From Cyanophora paradoxa CCMP329 (lineage: Eukaryota; Plantae; Glaucophyta): a stretch of 64,000 nucleotides of DNA. Below the pieces are notes generated by a model that was not told where the DNA came from, ran no database searches, and was given only the letters and a program-made list of their open reading frames with translations. The first letter of the stretch is position 1; each line of letters opens with the position of its first letter. Of this stretch, positions 1 through 13,068 are shown one piece after another. The position numbers and the translations under genes were made by a program. Location: NCBI GenBank assembly GCA_004431415.1, contig QPMI01000106.1, positions 186,001 through 250,000 on the forward strand, in the 5' to 3' direction.

Positions 1-247
1 GTATTACCATGATTTGGGTGCGCGTGCGAGCACAGCCTGGCAGCCTAGACCTATCGGTCGTCATGGAAATTAAATGGCTGCCTACTCGACAACATTAGTC
101 ATAATCACGACGTCGACGTCGACGCTCTTCATCCCTAGAATTCTTACATATTTAATTTCCCAGTGATTCCCACGGTGCTCGCCATATATATATGCATGAG
201 CGCTCCTCACCCTGCCGCGTGCGCGGGCCCCGGGGCCGGCGCCGCAG

Positions 248-696
248 GGGACGCAAAGCGGGCGCGGGAGCACTACACGGCGGCCCTGCGGGTCTACCGC
301 GAGCACTTTCCGGACCACTTCGCTGAGGGAAGCCTCCGCGTCGTCGCCATCCGACAGGCCCTCGCCGAGCTCGCCGCGCCCAAGTCTGCAGCTGCGGCCG
401 CGGCCGCAGCTACAGCTACAGCGCCTCCAAAGGCCAGCGTCAGCGCCGGCGGCGCCGTTCTTCGGGATCGAAGAAAGAATTTCGGGATCGAAGAAGCGGC
501 CATGGCCAAGAATCCGGCGGATCCGGAGCCGCCGCCGGCGCCAGCACCACCTCCACCGCGCGGCATCGCCTCCGGGATCCTCGACCGCCTGCTCAAGCGC
601 TCGGCGGCCCGGGCCCGCATCGCGCCGGAGACGTCGCTGGCGCCGCCGCCGCCGCCGTCGCCGGCGCCGTCGCCCGCGCGCCGAACTCCGTTTTGA
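248..696 (+). CDS. 3' exon(s) of a probable TPR-like protein that starts upstream of the window
   Basis: Follows an acceptor-like GCCGCAG at 247. GDAKRAREHYTAALRVYREHFPDH...VVAIRQALAEL resembles a TPR helix pair, followed by an Ala/Pro tail. Contains a copy of the 20-nt repeat. Confidence 0.4.
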
Positions 697-1889
697 ATTG
701 ATTTCTGATCGCAATTTATTTTGCATGCAAGCTAGCGCTTATTTTTGTTTTTGAGAGACTACGGTGGGGCGAACCCCCCGTAGGTAGTGATATTAAGTAT
801 AACAAAGTAATCACAAGCTTAAGACCAGTGTTCCGCGTTGATTTCAGCTAGCTTACGTGATCGATGTCATGATCTAACGTAATCACGACATGCTCTTTCC
901 TGGTAGAAATGTTGATATAGTTATATATAATTACCATACACATGCATATATATGATATATATGTATCTACGTACATTTACAGCTGCAGTATTACCTCCCC
1001 GCGGCCCCCCCGGCGCCTCCCCGCCTCCTTTCGAAATTTATGATCCTCGCCGAGCTTCTGAATTCGAAGTCTTCATGATCATGTGCATGTGCCTGCATCG
1101 AGTATATATGTATAATCCACTTAAGCGTTAAATTGACACTTAAGCTTTGACAAGTTGCTCAGCTCTTAGAATTGCGCCGCTACGTATCCGTATATACGTA
1201 TACCCCATTCGCGCATGCATGTGCTGCTGGGCAGCCGGCCGCGGGGGCGGGTGCGACCGCGATTGCAATTTTGGAGCGAGGGACAGGATGCCAAGGGAAG
1301 GCGGTTCGGAAAATCGGACCGCCCGAGGTGCACGTGGTCGAAATGGCCGGTGGTTGAAATCGCCGGATCCGGAGTACCAAAGAGTGGCGGCGACGCAGTC
1401 ACCCTCCCCCTTCGCCTCCGTCGGGCCCGAAGGCGTCGACGTCGCCGGCGCCTCTCTTCGGGATCGAAGAAAGAATTTCGGGATCGAAGAAAGAATTTCG
1501 CGGTCAGCGGCCCCGGCAGATCTCGGGCCCGAACGCGTCGACGTCGCCGGCGCCGTTCTTCGCCACGTCTGTGGCCGGTATCTCCAATCCAGGGCCAGCC
1601 GCCTCTTCTCCACCCCGCAGCAGCTCCGGATCCAGCTCCGGATCCGGTATCTTCGGACATGTACAGGCCTGCAAAGCTTATATAAGGGGCTTATAAAACC
1701 ATAAAACCAACGCAACCAAAGCTTATATTGGGGGCTCGGCTCTAGCTATAATGCTCTAGCTATATGACATGTACAGGCCTGCATGCGCGTGCGGCCGGCG
1801 CCGCGGTGCGAACAGCGGTCAGCGGCCGCGGCAGATCTAGAGTTAAAGAGCCAGAAAAACGAAAGCTTAGGGCTCAAGGGTGTCATGGA

Positions 1890-4800
1890 GAAGAAAGGGC
1901 ACCTCCGTAGCCCCCGTCTCCTCGGCGACGAACGCGACGGTCCGCGCCACTGCGCCTGCCACGTCCTCCCGCCGCCTGCAGGAAAGTCGATATCGAGCCC
2001 GATCGTGAGAAATAGATCTAGATTTAGAGCGGGCCGGGCGCGGATAATTATGTATATATATCGATCGGGTCGGATCGAAGTTAATTATGAAAGCACAAGA
2101 AAGTTAAGCACGTCGGGTCGTTCTTGCCGAAGGGCTCCCGCAGGCCGCGCCCGAAGAGTTTCCTGTAGAAGGACTCGCCCACGTATCCTGCGGCGAAAGG
2201 CGTCGACGTCGCCACGCTTCAGTTGTGAAGCTTAAGCCAACGCCAACGGGTGGGTGGGATCGGTGGGATCGAGGGGGGGGATCGGTGGTGGGTGGGGGGG
2301 GGTGGGGGGGGGGGTGCCGCTTCAGCTTAAGCCTCAGTCGGGGGGTGCCGCGCCGCACCCCTCTGGGGGAAGGCAAGCCCCCGCGGCCGCGTCTCGAGCT
2401 CGCCGGGAGCGGCGGAGGAAGAGGAGGCCGCTGGCGGGGGGCCCTCCGGCCCGTACCTGCATGCGTTACAGAACATTTGTGTTTGTATTGGTAGGATATC
2501 GATGTAGAACGAAATCAGCAGGGCGAGGCGGGCCCGGCAAAACATTTATATATGTATTGGTAGGATGTAGAATGAAATAAGCAGGGCGAGGCGGGCCCGG
2601 CCGTAGAATCGTATAGGATGTATAATTGAATCAGCACCAAAGCCCAGGCCCCAGGCCCCATTGGCAGGCCCCGGCGTTTCAATGCATCTTGATAAAAAGT
2701 ATATCCTTAAACCGACGGGGCCGGGCGAGGCAAGGCGGACCAGGCGATGCGGCAGCGGTCGCGGAAGCGGAGGGCCGCCTCGACCGACGGTAGAAGCGGC
2801 GAGATGACCTGCAGGCGGGGCGAGGCAGAAGATCGGGATCGAAGAAAGAAGTTCGGGATCGTAGCACGCGCACCCTCCTGTCCTCCAGGAAGAACGCGGC
2901 GAGGTACGCATGCTTAGGCGCCCCGTCCGAGCTTGAGCTCGAGGCGCCACGTGCACGGCCCCCGACGATCTCATAGACGCAAGGCGCCGCGGCCCCCACC
3001 CGCTGCATCCCGTGCGCGTCAGCCGCAGGCTCGGGGGGCCGGGGGGCACGGGCCGGGCGAGGGCGGGCGCGCCTTGCGCGTTGCGGCCGTCCAGACCCGC
3101 TCGAAGAGTTCGGCGTCGACCTGAATTTCAACGGAGAAAGGCGCGTGTGAGGAGAGCGCGCGACGCGGGGCGGGGGGTCAGACGGACCGGCGACGTCACG
3201 AGTTCCTTCCAGCGCGTCCCCAGGAACTCTGCGCGGGCAGGCGGAGTGGATGAATTAAAGAGGACGGGCACCAGGGAGCTGGAGGTCTGGAAGCTAAAAA
3301 AGAATCTCGGGATCGAAGAAAGAAGTTCGGGATCGAAGAAAGAAGTTCGGGATCGATCGCGAAGAAGAAAGAAGTTCGGGATCGAAGGGACGCCAGGACG
3401 GGCGCCAGGGAGCTGGAGGTCTAGAAGCTAAGATCTAGAACCGGAGGGGGTTAACGTCGCGCACGCAGAGCGAGCAGCGCGCTCGAATCGATGTCTGGAT
3501 CTGGATCCGGTTCCCCGCCGATCTCCTCGCGTTCGAGGCCTGCCGGCGCCGGCGCCGGCGCGGAAGCGTCCGGCGCCTGCATCTGGCCAGCCGCGGCCGC
3601 GGCCGCGGCCGCGGCCGGTTGGATCCATGTCGGAGTATCCTTGATCAGGGTTTTGAGCGCGTCGGCGAGCGCCTCGTGGTCCGCGGGGTCGAATCCGTCC
3701 AGGGCCCCCTCCTCCAGCCGCGCGAAGAGCGGGTCGCCCTCGTACTCGCGCCGGTCGAAGTGGAGGTCGGCGTCTGTGGGGCCACCGGCGCGCCCGTCCC
3801 GCCGGTCGAGCCACTGCGCAGCCAGGATGCAGCGGTCCTGATGTTGTGCAGCATCCTGCGCATGCGGCATTCCAACCGAGTTACAGGGCGCGAGCGCGAT
3901 AAATACCCACCGTTATATTGATTGCGATGCTACGATGCATTTAATGGGTGCGCCAGCGTCATTTATATCGATATTATGTAGTATCCAACATACACAAGTT
4001 ATACAGTACTGCCGCAGTGCACCTTTGGGCGATAGAATTGAGCGCATCCGAAGCGGCGACCCCGCCAAAGGAAGCCAGAGGATTTGTACGCGACTGGTTG
4101 CCGAAGACCCGATTTCAGGATTCCCAATTTCGACTTCCAGACGCGGGAAACGCCTTTCCACGGCCACTTGCTCCGCCGCTTTTTCGCCGTCCTCTTCGAA
4201 TTCGCCTTCCCTCCGGTCTCTTCTTGTGTCTCCGACCCCTCCGCGTCCGTCGCCCCGTCCTCCTCCTCGATCGCGATCGGCGGCTGCCCCGGACCCGGAT
4301 CCCCTGCGCATGTCGGCGCACGCGCGCCGCCGTCAACGGACGCGAGCGAATGGCGCGGGCGCGGCTGCGCTGCAGCTGCCCCCCGGCTTCTTTGCTGGAT
4401 CCGGAGCGCGTTTGCGTTTAAATTTCTCACCGCTGCGTTTCCTGACGAGCGCCGGCTGCCGCAGGGCCTCTGGATCTGAGACCGCGAAATTCGTCCTTTA
4501 ATATAAATTCGCTTTTTAATATAAATTCAACCCCGGCCCGCACCGCTCGCGTCGTGACTGAGCGCGTCTCCGGATCGGGGTCCTCCTTCATGATCAGCTG
4601 CAGGTGCTGAATTCACGCTGACCCGCCGCGGCCGCTTTCGACCGCTGCTGGAACTGATGTCGCCTTGCCAAAGTAGTTGAGCGGGCTGGTCCATAGGACT
4701 TGCTTTTCGCACAATTGCCGGTACCAGTCCCGCGATTGCAAGGGGGGCGGCTGCACGTGCACGCCCGTGGCTGCCTCCGGATCCGGATGCAGCTGCGGCG

Positions 4801-5210
4801 ACGCCAGCGCTGATGGAAGGCGACGCTTCGCATTCCAGGCTCGAGCTCGCCCCGCCATTCGAATCCACCTGGGGGCGACGGGGGCTGCCTGACATCGGGG
4901 GCGACGTCGACGCTTGCAGGCTCGCCCCGCCGTCCACGGCCAGCCCCTCCCGAGACGACCTGCGCGCGGGCGGGGCAGAAGTTCGGGATCGAAGAAAGAA
5001 GTTCGGGATCGAAGCAACGGCGCAGTCGGCGACCTCGCCCCTCCGTCCACGGCCAGCCCCTCGCTCCCTCCCGCCCCTGCGGCCTGCTCGTGCAGCTGGT
5101 CGCGCCGCCGCTTGTGTCTGGATCTGCTTTCGGAGTGCAGCAGCGCCAACAGGCCAGGGAAACCCTGCGGCGCTTCATGATCAGCCTCCATGAGTCCTCC
5201 GACGGCTCAA
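1890..5210 (-). pseudogene. Degenerate copy 3 of an unknown multi-exon gene family
   Basis: 3660-3850 (DRRDGRAGGPTDAD..YEGDPLFARLE) matches 8885-9075; 4600-5200 matches 6810-7290; 2685-2820 matches 8035-8150; 1895-1985 matches 5320-5405 and 7346-7432. Confidence 0.55.
2485..2640. repeat. ~65-bp tandem duplication (2 copies plus a partial)
   Basis: GTATTGGTAGGAT...TGTAGAA.GAAAT.AGCAGGGCGAGGCGGGCCCGGC at ~2485 and ~2554. Confidence 0.8.
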
Positions 5211-5299
5211 CGCAATCTGAGGTTGGGGCGGGTATATATGGATGCGTGACACCTCTAAGACTTCAACAAAACTTCTATAAGACCTTATAAGCCTTATAT

Positions 5300-7290
5300 A
5301 TATACACATGTAGGTATAGAGGGCACCTCCAGGGCCCCCGTCTCTTCGGCGACGAACGCGACCGTCCGCGCCACGGCGCCCGCCACGTCCCGACGCCGCC
5401 TGCGACAGCGCCGTCGGGACGTGAAGTTTCGGGATCGAAGAAACGGGCGAAGAAAGAAGTTCGGGATCGAAGAAACGGGCGGGGCGGGGGGCGGGGTAGA
5501 GAGGCCATGCAGATCTAGGGTCGGGCGCTTGCACGTTAATACAATCAATCGCAACTCACGCCGGGTCGTTGTAGCCGATGCGGGCACGCGTCGCCCTGGG
5601 TTCCCCAACGAGGAGCTTCCTGTAGAATTCCTCGCCCTGGTACCCTGCGTCCGACGGTCGCCAGTTAACTTTCTTCCTGATATGGCATTCCCACGTCTAA
5701 AAATCAAGATCTTCTGGGGTCTTCCGCCGTCGCTTCTATTATATAACTAGCTGTCTCTGGTTTTTCAAAACGGGTGCTGGTAGTTAATCTAATTAGTTGC
5801 GGACTAGTACTGCAATATTAATTATGGGACGACGTGCACCTTCCAGCGGATACATTAGCTTGTCGCCGGGGGCCTTGGCGCCAGCCAAAGGTCCCTTAGG
5901 GCCAAGCCTGGTGCCCCGGCCCGGTGAGGTGAGATGCAGTTCGGTCGCGAATAATTATAACCAGAAGCGTGCGCTGAGCGCGGGCTTCGAAAGTCATTTT
6001 AAGCGGGCCCGGCCGCACCAGGCGATGCGGCAGCGGTCGCGGAAGCGCAGTGCGTCCTCAGCCGACGGCAGCGGCGGCGAGACGACCTGTCGGGCACGCG
6101 CGCGGCGCCGGCGCCGGCGCCGTCACGATGAGACGGACCCGAATCAAAAGAAAGCTCCCATTAGTATTGAGCACCTTCTCGCCCTCCAGAGTGAAGGCGA
6201 TCACAAACGTGTCCCCGTCTCGTCCCCGCGACATGCGTTCGACGTGATACGGTCGCGACGGCCCCGATCGCGACGCGTACGGCTGCAGCTGCCACAAGGG
6301 TCATATGCATGCACGACTTTGCGGGGGCGATCGCGATTATACATATAAACGCATATTCAAAAAAAGAATTCGAAGCGCACCTTCTTCGATTTCATATGCA
6401 TGATTATGTTCCACGCCTCAGCGACGAGCTCCCGGTTCACCTGCATGCGCAGGGGAACAAATGTCAGCTCGAGCCGCGGGTTCAGTGGAGTGGTTGCAAT
6501 GGGCTCGGACCGGGGTCACAAGGACCCGCCAGCGTGTCGCCAGAAACACTGCGCAGCTCTCAACTTCGGGATGCCACATGCATATGCACACACGCTCCCA
6601 CGGCGACCAGAGAGGGTACGCACGCAAAAGCTCGGATGGCTTGGAGAACGGGGTGTCGAGTGCAGACTCGGATCCCTGCCCTTCGGAGGCGGCCGCCTGT
6701 CCGCCTGTATCCACAGCGTGAGCTCGCCCGAACCTCGAGCTCGACGCCTCGACTGGAGCCGCAGCAGAGCCCTCTTCGGATCCGGATCCTCCACCAGGTG
6801 CTGAGAAAGCGTCAACGTTGGCCCGCCGCGGCCGCTTTCGACTGCTGCTGGAATCGATAGTTTCGCCTTTCGGATAGTTTGGCTGCAGCTGGCCTGCAGC
6901 TGGGCCTTTCGGCTTTTTCGGCCTTGCTTTCTGCACAATCTTGCTGTCGGCCGCAATGACAAGCGGGGCGACGCTGGGCGCTGAGGGTGACGCTTCCAGG
7001 CTCAATGGCGAGCTCGCCCCTCCCTTGAGCTCGCTCCCTCCCGAGACGACCTGCGCGCGGGCGGGGCAGAAGTTCGGGATCGAAGAAAGAAGTTCGGGAT
7101 CGAATCAACGGCGCAGTCGGCGGCGCCGGCGTCGGCCGCCCACCTTCACGAGCTCGCTCATTCCCGCTCCTGCGGCCTGTTCCTGCAGCTGCAGCTGGTC
7201 GCGCCGCCGCTTGTGTCTGCTGTCGGAGTGCAGCAGTGCGAATAGGCCAGGGAAACCCTGCGGCGCTCAGTGATCAGCCTCTATGAGTAC
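5300..7290 (-). pseudogene. Copy 2 of the unknown gene family (gene or pseudogene)
   Basis: Peptides PFSKPSELLR, ESCAVFLATRWRVLVTP and FVIAFTLEGEKVLNTNGSFLLIR are paralogous to those in 7340-8800. Confidence 0.55.
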
Positions 7291-7338
7291 GTTGATATCG
7301 AATTCGTTCGACGTTTTGATGAAATCTATGGGACAGGC

Positions 7339-9093
7339 CTAGGGCGGGTACCTCGAGAGCCCCCGTCTCCTCGGCGACGAACGCAACCGTCCGCGCCACT
7401 GCGCCCGCCAAGTCTTCCCGCCACCTGCAGCAGGGCCGGCGCCGTCGGTCGCGGGCGCCCGCGGGCAGGAGCCAGATCTAGAGTCGGGTGCTAGAACGGC
7501 AACGCACGCTGGGTCGTTGTAACCGATGGGGGGGCGCTTCGCCGCGGGTCCGTCAACGAAAAGCTTCCTGTAGAATTTCTCGCCCTTGTACCCTGCGTGG
7601 CCGGTTAGTTTTATTGTCTCCTGATATGGCATTAATATTCCCACGTTTACAAAAGCGTGTATATGTAAGATTCTGGGTTCGTGATTCTTCCACCGTCGCT
7701 TGCATTAATATGACTAGCGGTCTCTGCTGAGGTTGAAACAGGTGCTGGTAGCGATAGCTTAGTTGCAGACTGCAATTACGGGACGACGCGCGTAGCTATA
7801 GTTTAATTTAGCTGCAGACTGCAATCACGGGAAGACGCGCACCTTCCAGCGGATATGCGAGCTTGTCGTCGGGCGCCTTATACTCGCGCGCGAAGGGTCC
7901 CTGGGGACCAAGCCTGGTGCCCGGGATTAAGCTTAAGAAATGTTTATAATGATAAGATGGACGTGTACACGGCCGCACTAGGAATTCTATATATATTGAT
8001 AGGATGCTTATCTTAAAAATCAACGTATTGATAAGATGCATATCCTTGAAACCGACGGGGCCGGGCGAGGCGAGACGGACCACGCGATGCGGCAGCGGTC
8101 GCGGAATCGCAGCGCGTCCTCGTCCGACGGCAGCGGCGGCGAGACGACCTGTCGGGCACGCGCGCGGCGCCGGCGCCGTACGCGTCACGTTGAGACGGAC
8201 CCGAATAAAAATAAAGCTCCCATTAGTATTGGGCACCTTCTCGCCCTCCAGAGTAAAGGCGATCACAAAAATGTCCCCGTCTTTTCCCCGCGACATGCGT
8301 CCGACGCGATACGATCGCGACGGCTCCGACCGCGACGGCTGCCACATGTACAAGGGTCATATGCATATGCCTTTGCGGGGCGATCGCGACTACATACAGA
8401 CGCACCCCCACCCCCTTGGTTTTCATGAATATGCTCCACGCCTCAGCAACAAGCTTCCGGTTTACCTGCAGAGGGCAAAGCGTCAGCTCACGGTGCTGCG
8501 GGTCCGATTAAACGGTTGGCTAGGACCGGGGGCGTCACAAGGACCCTCCAGCGCGCCGCCAGAAACACTGCGCAGCTCTCAATATCGCGATTCAGCCAGA
8601 TCTAGAGCATGATGGTATGCTCACGCAAAAGCTCGGCCGGCTTCAAGAACGGAATGTTGGGCGCATCGCCGACGTCTGCACTTGCCGCTGCCGCCTCGGA
8701 TCCCCGCCCTAGCCCTAGGCCTTCGGTGGCAGCTGCCTGTCCACCTCCGTCCACAGCACGAGCGGGCCCGAACCTCGACGCCTCGATGGGGGCCTGCATC
8801 CCGACTCTGCCCGCGGCCGCGAGCGGTTTCTCCGCCGGTGCCTGCACCAATCGCATGCTGTGGACCAGGTCCTTCACTGCTTGAATGAGCGCCCCGTGGT
8901 CCGCGGGGTCGACCCCGTCCAGGGCCCCCGCCTCCAGCCGCGCGAAGAGCGGGTCGCCCTCGTACTCGCGCCGGTCGAAGAAGTGGTCAGCGTCCGTGGG
9001 GCCGCCAGCGCGCCCGTCCCGCCGGTCGAGCCACTGCGCCACCAGGATGCAGCGGTCCCGGAACCGCGCGGCCTCCTGTACACGTGTATGCAC
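7339..9093 (-). CDS. Copy 1 of the unknown gene family (most complete; intactness uncertain)
   Basis: ORFs 8602-9093, 7808-8353 and 7339-7644 carry peptides conserved with copies 2 and 3, separated by intron-like gaps. Confidence 0.5.
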
Positions 9094-9433
9094 AATACGA
9101 ATATCAGATCAAGACCGGACCGCGGGAGGCGGAGAACGGGGCTCCGCGCCTCACTATTGCAATTGCGGAGTCCCGTCGCGGAGCCGCGGTCGCCAAACGC
9201 TCGGCCGCGCCAGCGGAAGCTGATCCGGCGGAGTGAGGCGGGCCTGTTCATCGGCCAGTAGATGCCCTTCGCGACCGCTTTGGCTGGCGACGAGCTTCCG
9301 CTCGCGATCGGGATCGCGATCGCCTCCAGATCCCCGGTCCCCTGATCGCGACCGTCGGACGCTCCGCGCCCCGACACGAGTGCCTGCGCAGATAAAATGT
9401 GTTATAAAAAAATTATTTTTTATTGATGACTCG

Positions 9434-11252
9434 TCAAGGGTACGGATCCCGATCAAATAATATCGATGCGCTCGCGTACCCGTGCCTGAGCGCTCGTCCG
9501 TCCTTCCCGTCCTTCTTCTGTGCCCGGCGCTGTTGCCTTGACCTTCTCTCGGCTCGCTTCAGAAGCCTTGTGCTGCGAGGCCCGATCGGAGACGTCGTGG
9601 CCCTGGTCCGAAAAAGGTTGCGAACCGCTATTGGCCGCGGGGGTACCGAAACTGCCGCCGGCGCGGGCGGGCCGACCGCCGGCCGAGGGGGTACCGCAAT
9701 TGCCGCCGGTACGGGCGGGCCGGCCACGCGCCACGGGGTTAACGCAACTGCCGCCGGCGCGGGCGGGCTGGGCGTGGGCCGTGGGAGTACCACAATTGCA
9801 GCCGGTACGGGCGGGCCGGGCGCGGGCCGCGGGGGTGCCGCAACTGCCGCCGGTTCGGGTGGGCCGGCCGCCATCCGTGGGAGTACCACAATCGCAGCCG
9901 GTACGGGCGGGCCGGGCGCGGGCCGCGGGGAAACCGCCGCTGCCGTCGGTACGGGCGGGCCGGGCGTGGGCTGCGGGGGTACCGCAATTGCCGCCGGCTC
10001 GGGCGGGCCGGCCGCGGGCCGTGGGGGTACCACAATTGCAGCCGGTACGGGCGGGCCGGGCGCGTGCCACGGGGGTACCGCCGCTGCTGCCAGTACGGAC
10101 GGCCGCGGGGCGGCCGCGGGTCGTGGGGGCACCGCCGCTGCCGCCGGCGCGAGCAGGCTGGCCGCCGGCCGCGGGGGTACCGCAACTGCCGCCGGCGCGG
10201 GCGGGCCGACCCGCGCCGTTTCCCGCGCGCCTGCGTCCTGCGCCGCCGCCCTCTCGAGGCTCGCATCGGGGGCCTTGAGCTGCGAGGCCGTTCAGTAAAG
10301 TCCTGAGCTGCGTCGCGGCCCCGGTCCGAAAAAGTGTGCGAACCACTGTCAAACAGGTACCGTCGCCGCAGACCGCCGGCCAGGGGGGTACGGGTACGAT
10401 CCGCGCCGCGTCCCTCGCGCCCGCGCCCGGCGCCGGGGCCCTCTCGAGGCTTGCACGTCCACTTTGCTCCGGGCGTGAAGCCGTTGAAGCGGAATTTGAT
10501 GGCGGGAACGAGGCGGAAGAGAGTGGTGGCGGGGGGAAAGAGTGGTGAGGCGCGGGCACGCTCAACCAGAAAGTGGAGCTCGCGATCGAGTCGCGGGCAA
10601 GCTCGACCAGGCAGGCTGCAGGGGGCGCCGGCTGCAGCGCGCCGGCTGGCCATGCACATGGGGGCGGAGCGGCGCTGGCTGCGTGCACGTGGTGCGGTCC
10701 GAGCGCTGCAAGATTCAGGGGTGCACCGGCACCGGGGCTGAAACTTAAGCTTAAGTTGTCATGACCATCGCACAGCGGCGCTGTCACGAACTTCGCCCGC
10801 GCCGGCCGCGGCACCGCGGCCGGCACTAGTGCTGCTGTCGGTTGCGATGGCGCCGGCCGCGGCACCGCGGCCGGCACTAGTGCTGCTGTTGGTTGCGATG
10901 GCGCTGAGTGCCGCGCGAGATCCGCCGCGGCAGCGGCGACAGTTGCCAGAGCGAAGGGGTCGGCAGCGTTCAGCATGCGCAGCGCCTCCGCTAAAGCCGC
11001 CGTCGACGCTGAGCTCGAGGGCGCTGGCCCATCGCCGGCGCCGGCCGCGGCCGCGGAATCAACGTTGCACGCTGGCATCGATATCGAAACGGAAGCCGCG
11101 CCGGGCAGCGGTGGCGGGCTGCAGCTGGAAGAGGCCTGTGAGGGCATATCCACCGAGGCCTCGCGATCAATTGGCCGGCAGCGCGCAGCGCCGTCAAAAT
11201 CCAAGGATCCGGAGCAGATCTGAGAATGCAAATGGATCAGATGAAGCTCCAT
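9434..11252 (-). CDS. Pro/Ala-rich hypothetical protein with 16-aa tandem repeats
   Basis: Long overlapping ORFs 9453-11252 and 9434-10132. The motif VR(T/N)LFRT occurs twice. Reading frame across the repeat is uncertain. Confidence 0.35.
9639..10210. repeat. 48-bp minisatellite, ~12 copies
   Basis: Unit ~GGGGGTACCGCAACTGCCGCCGGCGCGGGCGGGCCGGCCGCCGGCCGC, which reads PPVPAAIVVPPRPAAG on the minus strand. Confidence 0.9.
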
Positions 11253-12059
11253 CAGCCAATGCGCCTATGCATCTCCATCAGGAGCGCTCTAGGTGAGACT
11301 AGGTCTCGCATCGATATCAGCTAGCCGTACGTATATATACGCGTGGATCGGGATTCGGAAGTGGCCGCGCCGGCGCCGGCCGCGGTCGTGACCGCACATA
11401 TGCATGAAAGCACCTTAAGGTGCTCAAGGAGCATTCCGCGCGCCCCTCGATGGCGCGTACTCGTCCATCCGCATCGACGACGTCGACGTCAGGCGCGCGC
11501 GGCCTCGCTGCGGCGAGCTCGAGCCGCGAGGGCGCCAAACTGAAGAGCATATCAGACGAAGCCGGCGCCGCATCAGCTAATGTGCATCCTTCTCAGCCGC
11601 GCTCTCGCAGCAGCCGGACGGCGCTGGGTTGCGAGCGGCGTGGGATCGCTAGCTTGGGGGCACAGGGCGCGGCGACTGTACCTGACAACGCTTTGGCAGC
11701 GGTTCGCTCTGCGCCGCACGCCGCGCTTCCGCTACGCGTTTCAAAGCTGCCCCGAGGAAAATGGCCGCAGCCGCTCGTGCTCCGGACGCGCCAGTCGCTT
11801 GCACTCACGCACCCGTGCGTCGCTCTAGCGCTCTGATCGCTGAAGACTTACGACGAGCGAAGTGTGTGTGTGCTCGGGGGTCCGAGAGCAGGGCCGGGGT
11901 ACGCGTTCGGCGAGGCTCAGCGAGTGGAATTCCAGCGATGGCGCAGGTTACAGGCAGATCCGTCGTGAGCATTGAACCGGAGCTTGCGGGTGCGGCCGGA
12001 GCGCCCCTCGAAGCCGGGCCTGCGCGCTTTCTAACTTCGTCGCAGAGAAGCTGAGGGCG

Positions 12060-13068
12060 ATGGGCAAGCTGAACGAATCGGACCTTGCTGGCATGCTGGG
12101 CCCGAACGGCGAACCGATTCATGTGCCAACGGGCAGCTCCGACCAGGCTGCGCAGCCAGCACAGGCTTCCGCGACTTCAGCCCCTGCGGCCGGCCCGTCG
12201 AGTGCCCCCGCGGCGCCAGCTGCAAGCTCCTCGTCGTCCGCGGGCCCCGCTGCCGGGTCCTCGTCGGAGGCGAAGCCCGCTGGCGCGTCCGGCGTGGACC
12301 CGCGGCAAGTGATTGCGATGCTGGAACAAGGTTCGGTTCTTTCTACTGCGCTCGCATGCCGCTGGATACAATCGGAGAGTCCGAGCCCTTGAGCCAATCA
12401 AGCATCGCTTGCGCAGAGCTAAACCAGGCGAAGGCGGCGCTCGCCGCGAAGGACGACCGCATCGAGAAGTTGAGCCGCACGAACGTTGAGCTGACGAAGG
12501 TGCCGTGTCCACTCCGTACGTGAAGCGCTGAGTTCGGTCCGCGCCCAACGCCCGGGCAGGTCCTGAACCGCTGCGGCGCTGGCGGCCTGAAGCTCCGCGA
12601 AGCGATGGAGGAGCGTGAGAAGCGTATCCAGGTGATGAACAAGCAGCTTGCCTCCGCCCAGGTTCGCCAGCGCCCCTCCCCGGCCCGCTCTTCCTTTCTC
12701 CGCACCGTTCTTCTCCACAGATAGAGCGTGTCTGTTGGCCCTAGAGCTCTTTCTTTCTCTCGCGACCTTTCTCTTTTAGAAAGAAGCCTGAAGGACGAGC
12801 GGCGCCGCAGCAAGCGCTGAAGGCGAAGGACGCGAGGATCCAGCAGCTGGAAGAGCAGCTGCGCCAGATGGCCGAGAACATGTCCGAGTACGTGGTGAGC
12901 GAACGAAGTTTCCTGCTTCCTGCCTGACCGCGCCCGGCTTCGCTCGCCAGCTCACCGGGCCCGCAGGGGTACCTGAACTCGGGCGAGGCGCACTCGAGTC
13001 GTGGGCAGGAGCTCAAGGAAGCGGCCCTGAAATCGGTGGCGGCTGTCGCGGCCATGGGCAAGTCCTGA
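12060..13068 (+). CDS. Coiled-coil protein of unknown function (~5 exons)
   Basis: Spliced: MGKLNESDL...VIAMLEQ|ELNQAKAALAAKDDRIEKLSRTNVELTK|VLNRCGAGGLKLREAMEEREKRIQVMNKQLASAQ|...ARIQQLEEQLRQMAENMSEYV|GYLNSG...AMGKS*, with GT-AG junctions. Confidence 0.7.

Larger units (their letters stand above)
458..7104 (+). repeat. Dispersed 20-nt hairpin minisatellite TTCGGGATCGAAGAAAGAA(G/T), 7 clusters of 2-4 units
   Basis: Clusters at ~458-495, 1455-1500, 2827-2861, 3299-3387, 4977-5014, 5423-5480 and 7068-7104, all in the same orientation. Confidence 0.9.

Noticed and set aside
458-7104. 20-nt hairpin repeats as a CRISPR array
   Set aside because: Units are directly adjacent or kilobases apart with no regular unique spacers, there are no cas genes, and the context is eukaryotic.
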